From: an uncultured bacterium
Lineage (GTDB): Bacteria > Acidobacteriota > Thermoanaerobaculia > Multivoradales > JAHZIX01
Reading direction: 5' to 3'
Assembly (NCBI GenBank): GCA_965368975.1
Contig: CBDUPA010000019.1
Span: 1 to 64,000 of the forward strand
Length of the DNA stretch: 64,000 bases
This document shows, one piece after another, positions 9,701 to 16,174 of this stretch; position 1 is the stretch's first letter, and the number at the start of each line of letters is the position of its first letter. The notes under the pieces are model-generated. The model worked only from the letters and a program-made list of their open reading frames with translations, was not told where the DNA came from and made no database searches. Made by a program: the position numbers and the translations under genes.

Positions 9701-10495
9701 GGGGGCGAGGTCGACGGCCTCACTGCCGTTGTTGCGCAGCTCGATGAATTCGGCGAAGTCGGTGCCCGGCTGATCGTAGTCGACCTCGTTGATCACCAGC
9801 TCGGCCAGATCGGTCGGCGGCGGCGGATCGACAGGACCGCAGGCGTTGGCGGCCCCCGGGGTGTCGTCGCCACCGGCGGGATCGAAGGCACCGATCTGCC
9901 AGCCATCAGCTCCGGCGGCGCAGCGGAAGGCATGCGCGGGCACGAAGGAACCGTCGGGACCGACGGTCGTGCCGCAGTAGGTGAAATCGCCTGAGCCCAC
10001 GCTCTCGATCAGCGCCACACAGTCGACCACGGCGCTCCACGGCGTCACGTCGAGCGCGCCGTCGTCGTTGCTGTCCAGGTCATCACCGGAGGTGCCGGTG
10101 AAGCCAGAGACCAGCAGGTGCGTCACGTTATCGCTGTTCTCGAAGTTGAGGTTGACGAACAGGTCCGGCCCCGCCCAGCCAGCAGAGGCGAGCGAGAAGG
10201 TGCCCTCGGCGGCAACAAAGAAGCCGTTGCCGTCCAGGTTCAGGCCCCCCAGGTCGACGGTGCTCTCGATCACGCCGCTGCCGGCGGCACCGTCGCCGAT
10301 CACCACGTAGCTCAACCCGTCGAGCGAGGCACCAGCGGTGCCCGTCAGCTCGAAGTACTCGTCGTTGTCGGTGCTCGGCTGATCGATGCGGATCTCACTC
10401 AGGGAAACTTGCGCGGATACGCACAAGGGCGTCAAGACCAGAACGCTCAGGAGCGCCAAGAGCGACCCCCTGCATAGAGTTTTCATGATCGACAC
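6740..10495 (-). CDS. Secreted ExeM/NucH-like extracellular nuclease: signal peptide, three lamin-tail-like domains, OB-fold, EEP domain, Cys-rich tail (1251 aa)
   Basis: Signal peptide; three repeats of the type INEVDYDQPGTD.AEFIEL; IYEIQG..GFFVQ..DGIFVF..VGDQVTVTGTV OB-fold; EEP motifs GSLNL, GVQEVE, VVGDFN, LDH, SDHD; SD AGGAGA 5 nt before GTG 10495. Confidence 0.88.
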   Translation of the reverse strand: MSIMKTLCRGSLLALLSVLVLTPLCVSAQVSLSEIRIDQPSTDNDEYFELTGTAGASLDGLSYVVIGDGAAGSGVIESTVDLGGLNLDGNGFFVAAEGTFSLASAGWAGPDLFVNLNFENSDNVTHLLVSGFTGTSGDDLDSNDDGALDVTPWSAVVDCVALIESVGSGDFTYCGTTVGPDGSFVPAHAFRCAAGADGWQIGAFDPAGGDDTPGAANACGPVDPPPPTDLAELVINEVDYDQPGTDFAEFIELRNNGSEAVDLAPYQVVLVNGNGDSVYKTIDLPAVSLAAGDYFVICGDSDEVLGCDLDVSPDSNLVQNGAPDAVAIVLNGTVVDALSYEGSVAAPYTEGSGAGSDNSSGGTGGPNENKSLSRLPDGNDTDDNSADFSLRCITPGSANTTADADCPKPTRPALVINEIDYDQPGSDTAEFIELKNTGDGDLDLSTVTVELINGNGGAAYSSFVLPAVTLAAGDYFVLCADVATVAECDLDVLSSIQNGAPDAVALVVAGEILDAVSYEGSVGAPYTEGSGDGLFDSGSSGQDFRGIGRFPDGTDTDQNNVDLRNACITPGRSNTSATDGCGPFGPEREIYEIQGTGLTSPFEDQTVSTVDNVVTALAPDGFFVQTPSARSDGSVDTSDGIFVFTGTAPAVAVGDQVTVTGTVVEFFDFTEFTGGSSVVVTGAETIPPAVAFNAAVPSPDPSTPSCSIEYECYEGMLIDIAAGSVSGPNQRFGTDPIAEVHIVARPGRAFREPGIQFPGEIGLPVWDGNPEVFELDPDKLGLPNQVIPAGSTFSATGVLGYEFGGYELWPTALTVTPATLPTAVAARGEGEFTVGSLNLFRLFDDVSDGGETVVSSAGYALRLAKFSSYIREVLDSPDILGVQEVEKLGVLEDLAAQIAADDPAVSYSAYLVEGNDVGGIDVGFLVRDTVAVDAVTQFAASELLTFDNSLLHDRPPLLLEARATCALGGGFPVAVLVVHNRSLSRIDDASDGPRVRQKRLEQAQSIATIVQSYQTTNPTRPLVVVGDFNAYEFTDGYVDVIGQIQGTAVPADNLLSGPDLVEPNLSNRVLSLDPTDRYSFIFRGTAQVLDHALTSAAAEPWVRGFAYGRGNADAAVDLINGDLINGGGALRSSDHDGFVLYLAADCDGDGIAEADDQCPGTSIPENVPTSGLGVNRFALVDGDTTFDTNAPNGVGPQVSFTTEDTAGCSCEQIIDALGLGNGHRKFGCSVGAMQNWVSAASQAASQATSQP

Positions 10496-10645
10496 AGAAT
10501 TCTCCTCTTTCCTGTGATGTCAGTTCGATAGCGGAACCTGCTGCAAAGTCAGGACTCCGCACTGGATGGGATGGACTAGCGAGGATGGGATGGAATGTGA
10601 AAGGCGCTCGGCGGCTCAGAACAGAGCACGGACCGAGCGCCTAAG

Positions 10646-10674
10646 AAGATAGCACTGTGTCGATATGGAGGGAA
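10646..10674 (-). promoter_or_regulatory. Putative sigma70 promoter of the nuclease gene
   Basis: Minus strand TTCCCT-17 nt-TATCTT with extended -10 (TGcTATCTT); weak -35. Confidence 0.4.
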
Positions 10675-10680
10675 GCGGAT

Positions 10681-10699
10681 GTCACCCGTGCCGGGTGAC
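10681..10699 (-). terminator. Hairpin downstream of the Fe-ADH gene (possible terminator or pause site)
   Basis: Perfect 8-bp stem GTCACCCG-tgc-CGGGTGAC about 30 nt after the stop at 10729; no U-tract. Confidence 0.3.
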
Positions 10700-10728
10700 G
10701 TCAGCGTGACAGAGGCGCTGCCCTGCTG

Positions 10729-11877
10729 TCAGCCCAGCGTGGTGCGCGCGATCACTTCGGCATCGGCGCGGGTGATCGGTACCGGGTTGAGGCCGAGGTG
10801 GAACTCGTCCTGCATCACGTAGTCGACCAGGGCCCCGAGGTCGTCATCCTTGACGCCCAGATCGCGCAGGGTCGGCGTCTTGGCTTCCTCGACCAGATCA
10901 CGCACGGCCTGGATGCCCTCGCGCGCCAGCTGCTCGGTGCCTTGACCGGTGTCGGCCACCCCCATCGCCTTGGCGATGGCGGCGTAGCGCTCGGGCACGG
11001 TGCTCAGGTTGTAGTCCATGACGTCGGCCAGGAAGATCGCGCAGGCGACGCCATGGTGCACCTTGTGCAGCACGTTGACGCCGTGCGCGAAGGCGTGCTC
11101 GCCGCTGCCGCCGCCCTTCATCGAGATACCGGCGGTGAGCGCGGCGACCATCAGCCAGCCGCGTGCCTCCCGGTCACTCGGGTCGTTGACCGCGCGCATC
11201 AGCCACTTCTTCACCAGCTCGATGGCGTACAGAGCGTAGGCATCGGCTAGCGGCTGATTCTCCACCGAGACGTAGGCACCGACGGCATGCGACAACGCGT
11301 CGAGACCGGTGGCGGCGGTGACGTGCACCGGCAGGCTGAAGGTGAGCTCGGGGTCGCACAGGGCAACATGACCGGGCACCGCAACGATGTGCATCTTGAA
11401 CTGGCGGTCGGTGTCGATGATGATCGTGCCACCGACCACCTCACTACCGGTGCCGGCAGTGGTCGGGATGAACATCAGCGGGTCGTGCGGCTCGGTGACC
11501 AACTTGGCACCGTCCTCGTAGTCACGAATGTGGCCGCCACCTGTCACCACCGCGGCGGCACTCTTGGCGACGTCCATCGGGCTGCCACCACCGAGACCGA
11601 TCATGCCGTCGCAGTTGGCCGCCTTGTAGGCTTCGGCGGCTGCCATCACCATGATGTCGTCGGGGTTGGTGGCGACGTCGGTGAACAGGGTGGTTTCGAG
11701 GCCGGCTTCCTTGAGCGACTCGAGCACCGGATCGCAGACGCCGGCGTCGAGTACACCCTTGTCGGTGACCACCAACGGCCGCTTGCAGCCGAGTTTCTTC
11801 ATCTCGGGACCGGCGAGGCGCGCGGCCCCGTCGCCGTAGTGCAGGGCGGGAACAAGGTGGAAGAAGTTGAGGTTCAT
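10729..11877 (-). CDS. Iron-containing (type III) alcohol dehydrogenase
   Basis: Motifs GLGGGSPMDVAK, IPTTAGTGSE, metal ligands DALSH, EHAFAH, VHHG; SD GGAGGAG. Confidence 0.92.
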   Translation of the reverse strand: MNLNFFHLVPALHYGDGAARLAGPEMKKLGCKRPLVVTDKGVLDAGVCDPVLESLKEAGLETTLFTDVATNPDDIMVMAAAEAYKAANCDGMIGLGGGSPMDVAKSAAAVVTGGGHIRDYEDGAKLVTEPHDPLMFIPTTAGTGSEVVGGTIIIDTDRQFKMHIVAVPGHVALCDPELTFSLPVHVTAATGLDALSHAVGAYVSVENQPLADAYALYAIELVKKWLMRAVNDPSDREARGWLMVAALTAGISMKGGGSGEHAFAHGVNVLHKVHHGVACAIFLADVMDYNLSTVPERYAAIAKAMGVADTGQGTEQLAREGIQAVRDLVEEAKTPTLRDLGVKDDDLGALVDYVMQDEFHLGLNPVPITRADAEVIARTTLG

Positions 11878-12101
11878 GGGTTCTCCTCCGAATGAGCTGC
11901 TGGCTCAGAAGCTAGCTCAGGGAAATGGTCAATGGATCGATCTGATGGACCATTCAAATGGAACTACGCCAGATGCACGAAGGATGACGGCGTCGGGCGC
12001 GCAAAGATGAGCGGAGTCTACTGCATTCGAGGGGCAGGATACGTACCGTGCCGCGCTATAGACGACAATCGGCGATTGTGTTGCGATGGTACGCGATGCC
12101 T

Positions 12102-12620
12102 CTAGTCGACTGTCAGTAGCGGTAGCGTAGCGACGGGCTTACGGGCGTCAAAGGTCAGCGACACTTGCATCTCTCCAAGACGCAGCAGCACGGTATTCAC
12201 CTGCCGTGGCTCGTAGTCGAAGAGAACGCGGTTCTCGAGGCTCCATCGCAGCTTCGGATCGATCACGACCTCGAAGTAGAGCCAGGCGGCACGATGTGAG
12301 ACCTCTTTACCCAGCCACTGCAGCGCCGGCGAGGATGCCTGGTCGGTGAGTAGACGGAAGGTCTCGTTCAGGTAGGCAACGATGAGCTCATCGACCTTGT
12401 CTGTCGCGTCCAGGTTGACCGGCTTGCCCGCCCTCTCGGACAGCACTGCTTCCAACTCCTCGGGCAACACGCGCAACGCTATCTCCAAGCTGCGTCGCTC
12501 CGGGTTGTACTCGGCCTCGGCCAGACTGGCATGGTAGGGATGCGCCGCTACAGCCCCAGGCAGCAGAATGGGCAGCAGCAGTACTAGGCGAACCAGCCAG
12601 CCGACCGTGCATCGACTCAC
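12102..12620 (-). CDS. Exported DUF6702-like protein, typical partner of M1 peptidases
   Basis: Signal peptide followed by HPYHASLAEAEYN; W.G.E, WLYFE and Q.N motifs; 4-bp overlap with the peptidase stop. Confidence 0.7.
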   Translation of the reverse strand: MSRCTVGWLVRLVLLLPILLPGAVAAHPYHASLAEAEYNPERRSLEIALRVLPEELEAVLSERAGKPVNLDATDKVDELIVAYLNETFRLLTDQASSPALQWLGKEVSHRAAWLYFEVVIDPKLRWSLENRVLFDYEPRQVNTVLLRLGEMQVSLTFDARKPVATLPLLTVD

Positions 12621-15010
12621 TCTTCCCCACCCCCTCGAGCGTCGGGATCTTGGCGCACCATCGGGTTCGGCGGCTCCTTGGCCTTGAACAACTGGAAGCG
12701 ACTGCGCGCCGGCTCAGGCGGGTACACATTGTCGCCACGCTCCGCGTCGCCCAACTGCAAGTACGGATCGAGTTCGACCTTGACGATGTCCTGATCACTG
12801 ATGAAGAGCTTGGAAACGCGCTCGGCGTTGGTACGCCAGATTTCTGCCGGCAGCGTCATTGACTCGACGCTGCCGTCTTCGTAGGTCACGCGCAACGGCA
12901 GTGGCATGGGCAAGCCACCTATGTTCTCGAAGTCGACGACGATGAGCTTCTTGTTCATCGCCAACACTTCCTTATCGCGACCGTCGAGGCTGTCCAGATA
13001 CGCTTGGTGCTGCGCGTAGTCCCAGGGCGTAACGGCAAACTCGTCATACTCGTTGTAGAAGTCCGCCAAGGCCGGATAGCGATCGAGACGGCGCTCCATG
13101 CCCTCGTTGCGCTGCTCGCTCAGCGTCACCGGGCCTTCGGCTTCCTCCCGACGCGCCCGAGCCTTCTCCACCTCCGGATCGCGCGTGTCGAGGTCATAGC
13201 GGGTGATGCCGGTGACCGCGATGTCGACGTGGTGCGTGCCGTAGAACCAACCGCGCCAGAACCAGTCGAGGTCGACACCGGAGGCGTCTTCCATGGTGCG
13301 GAAGAAATCCGCCGGTGTTGGCCGCTTGAAGCGCCAGCGGCGAGCGTATTCGCGGAAGGCGAAGTCGAAGAGTTCGCGACCGAGGACCGTCTCGCGCAGC
13401 ACGTTGAGTGCGGTCGCCGGCAGCGCGTAGGCGTTGTTGCCAAACTGCAGCAGCGACTCGGAGTTGGTCATGATCGGCACCCGGCGGTCACTGATCATGT
13501 ACGAGACCATCTCCTGTGGTTCCCCTCGACGCGACGGATAGTCCTCTTCCCAAGCCTGCTCAGCGAGGAACTGCAGGAACGAGTTGAGCCCCTCGTCCAT
13601 CCACGTCCACTGCCGTTCGTCCGAGTTGACGATCATCGGGAAGTAGTTGTGCCCGACCTCGTGAATAATCACCGAGATCAAACCGTACTTACTGCGCTCC
13701 CAGGTGCGATCATCTCGACTCTGGCGGGCGTCCCAATAGGTGCCGTCCGGGTAAGGACGCGGCTTGTTGAAGGTGATCATCGGGTATTCCATGCCGCCAA
13801 TTGGACCGTTGACCGAGATGGAAACGGGGTACGGATACTCGAAGGTGAAGCTCGAATAGGTCTCGAGCGTGTGGATGATGGCATGCGTCGAGTAGCTGCT
13901 CCACAGTGGTTCCGCCTCGTTGGGGTAGAACGACATGGCCATCACCCGGCCCTCGTCGTCAGCCAGCTCCGCAGCCTGTGAGCGATGGCCCATGGCGTCC
14001 CAGATGAACCTGCGCGACGAGGCGAAGGCGAAGTCTCGGACATTGTCGGCCTGAAAGACCCAGGTCTTGGTCCCGGTGGCAGGCGTCTCCTGGTTTCGCT
14101 TCGCTTCCTCCGGCGTCACCACAAAGACTGGTGAGTCTGCGTCGACTGCCTCTTCCAGACGCTGGCGCTGTGCCTCGGTGAGGACCTCGTCGACATTCTG
14201 TAACACGCCGGTAGCAGCCACGATGTGATCGTCCGGCACCGTGATCTCAACCCGGTAATCGCCCAGCTCGAGCGTGAACTCACCACGGCCGAGAAACTGC
14301 TTGTGCTGCCAACCCTGGTAGTCCGTGTAAGCCACCATGCGCGGGTACCACTGCGAGATCTCGTAGATGTAGTTGCCATCCGCCTCGAAGTACTCGTAGC
14401 CGCCACGCGCACGGGCACGCACGGCGTCAATGACGTTGTGCTGCCAGTCGATGTGCAATTCGAATGCCTCTCCTGGAGCCAGAGGTCTCGGCAGATCCAC
14501 GCGCATCATGGTCTTGACGATGGTGTGCTTCAGGGAGCTACCTTGCCCATCATCAACACGCGTGATCTCGAAGCCACCCTCGAAGTCCGAGCGCTCCAAG
14601 TACTCCCCCAGCTTGCGATAGCTCAGCTTGTCGAAGTTCGGCGCCGTCAGCGTGAGCATCTCGTCCGAATCGCGGCGGAAGCGATTCTGGTCGAGTTGCA
14701 ACCACAGGTAGCGGAGCACGTGCGGTGAACGGTTATGGTACGTGATCGTTCCCGAGCCGACGATGCGCTGGTTCTGATCGTCCAGTTCGACCTGGATCTG
14801 GTAGTCGGCGCGCTGCTGCCAGTAGCCCGGTCCGGGTGCCCCGGAAGCGGTGCGATCAGCGCCGGGCGTCGGTAGCAGGTAGTCGAGCTGCGCGAAGGCA
14901 TCGGCACCGGTACCTTCGCCGGGTTCGTTCTCGGCGGCGTGAGCTGCACTCAGCGGGAAGATAAGAACGAGCAGGCAAGCGAGCGCAAACCGGCGACGAA
15001 GCTGGAACAT
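12617..15010 (-). CDS. Secreted M1-family zinc aminopeptidase
   Basis: GGMEYP motif, HEVGH followed by WMDEG (HExxH-x18-E), N-terminal PGYWQQRADY; signal peptide; SD GGAGGAG before ATG 15010 (ORF track starts at 15067). Confidence 0.92.
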   Translation of the reverse strand: MFQLRRRFALACLLVLIFPLSAAHAAENEPGEGTGADAFAQLDYLLPTPGADRTASGAPGPGYWQQRADYQIQVELDDQNQRIVGSGTITYHNRSPHVLRYLWLQLDQNRFRRDSDEMLTLTAPNFDKLSYRKLGEYLERSDFEGGFEITRVDDGQGSSLKHTIVKTMMRVDLPRPLAPGEAFELHIDWQHNVIDAVRARARGGYEYFEADGNYIYEISQWYPRMVAYTDYQGWQHKQFLGRGEFTLELGDYRVEITVPDDHIVAATGVLQNVDEVLTEAQRQRLEEAVDADSPVFVVTPEEAKRNQETPATGTKTWVFQADNVRDFAFASSRRFIWDAMGHRSQAAELADDEGRVMAMSFYPNEAEPLWSSYSTHAIIHTLETYSSFTFEYPYPVSISVNGPIGGMEYPMITFNKPRPYPDGTYWDARQSRDDRTWERSKYGLISVIIHEVGHNYFPMIVNSDERQWTWMDEGLNSFLQFLAEQAWEEDYPSRRGEPQEMVSYMISDRRVPIMTNSESLLQFGNNAYALPATALNVLRETVLGRELFDFAFREYARRWRFKRPTPADFFRTMEDASGVDLDWFWRGWFYGTHHVDIAVTGITRYDLDTRDPEVEKARARREEAEGPVTLSEQRNEGMERRLDRYPALADFYNEYDEFAVTPWDYAQHQAYLDSLDGRDKEVLAMNKKLIVVDFENIGGLPMPLPLRVTYEDGSVESMTLPAEIWRTNAERVSKLFISDQDIVKVELDPYLQLGDAERGDNVYPPEPARSRFQLFKAKEPPNPMVRQDPDARGGGEE

Positions 15011-15080
15011 GGGGTCTCCTCCAGGGGTCGAATCCGAAATCAGAACCGGCAGCAGAAGGGAAAGCAACTACAACCGTCGG

Positions 15081-15110
15081 AGATTACCAGCTCTCGACTC
15101 ACTGTGCCAA
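15081..15110 (-). promoter_or_regulatory. Putative sigma70 promoter of the M1 peptidase operon
   Basis: Minus strand TTGGCA-18 nt-TAATCT with extended TG (TGgTAATCT). Confidence 0.5.
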
Positions 15111-15156
15111 CGCCAAATCCCGTGCCCACCCAGCGATAGGGAGATCCCGCGGCGAT

Positions 15157-16164
15157 CTATAGCAACGCCAGGTCCGCGAGTAAGTCTTCTTCGCCGGTCG
15201 CTTCGGCACCGGCCGCGAAAGCCTCGACAAACTGAACCGCTGGGTCTTTCTGCTCGTCGAAGAGGGCCGCGGCCTTCAGCTCTGCCTCCAGCGTCTCTCG
15301 CATCGAGACCAGCAAGGGATCGACGAATTGCCGGGACATCAGGCAATAGGGCTCCTCGGCTCGCCGGTACTCCAGCAGTATGCAGAGCGCATCCGCCAGG
15401 TCCTGCCGATGGAGTTCGTTCCCAGGTGCCGCACGCAAGCGCTTGAAGAACTTGATGGCTGACTTGCCGTGGCCCAGTAGCTTCAACCGCCGTTCGCCGC
15501 GCACCGAGACCAGGCCAGATCGTCGCAGCCCATAGACTTCGATCGACTGCTTGGCCATCGCCTGCTGGAACGGTCCCGCCTCCGGATGCGGCCTGACGAC
15601 GCCTTGCTTCGTGAACTCCAATACCTGTGCAGGGTCGTCGCGGCAGGGATGTAGGAGCAGCGGCCGTTCTTGCGCCTCGGCATCCGGCTTCTCGGCTCGC
15701 TTCCCTTCTTCGTGCAATGGGAACAAGTTCTGCTTACCCAGGGACGCCTCTTCCCCATCCTCGAAGCGCTGCGTGCGCCTGCGGTTGCAGTCGATGCAGG
15801 AAGGCAGCAAGTTGTCCCAATCCGCCGCGAGCCACCAGTACCCGGGTTGCTTCAAGAGCTTCTTGCCCCCCTCTTCGACGACATAACCACCTTTGGGCCG
15901 GTAGTGCTCGACATCCATCGGCTGGGTCGCCTCGTAGGTGCTCTCGCAATAGGCACACTTGCCATGGAACAATTCGTTCAGGCGATCTTTGATCTCGAGG
16001 TCGCGGTAGACCTCGAAGTCATAGTTCTTGAACTTGCCATCTTTCTTGAACTTCGCCGGATCAGCATAGAAGGCTGCAGCTTTCTGGCGCTCCTGTTCAC
16101 CCTTCGAATCGACACCATCGAGGACGGCAGGAACGGCAACCCGAGTACGATCGACCTGAATCAC
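15157..16164 (-). CDS. HNH endonuclease, Septu PtuB / retron-effector-like
   Basis: FHGKCAYCE, DVEHYRPK, YWWLA.DW.NLLPSCIDCN, K.N.FP, PLLLHPC.DDP; SD GGGAGAGG before GTG; 10 bp downstream of the ATPase gene. Confidence 0.88.
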   Translation of the reverse strand: MIQVDRTRVAVPAVLDGVDSKGEQERQKAAAFYADPAKFKKDGKFKNYDFEVYRDLEIKDRLNELFHGKCAYCESTYEATQPMDVEHYRPKGGYVVEEGGKKLLKQPGYWWLAADWDNLLPSCIDCNRRRTQRFEDGEEASLGKQNLFPLHEEGKRAEKPDAEAQERPLLLHPCRDDPAQVLEFTKQGVVRPHPEAGPFQQAMAKQSIEVYGLRRSGLVSVRGERRLKLLGHGKSAIKFFKRLRAAPGNELHRQDLADALCILLEYRRAEEPYCLMSRQFVDPLLVSMRETLEAELKAAALFDEQKDPAVQFVEAFAAGAEATGEEDLLADLALL

Positions 16165-16174
16165 CCACCTCTCC

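Noticed and set aside
12102-15010. M1 peptidase as a maturation or prodrug-cleaving enzyme of the cluster
   Set aside because: The M1 + DUF6702-like pair is a common stand-alone unit, has its own candidate promoter and is separated from the cluster by the defence genes.
15095-15128. Sigma54 promoter (GGCAC motifs on the minus strand)
   Set aside because: Neither GGCAC has the required -12 TGC at the correct spacing; a sigma70-type reading fits better.
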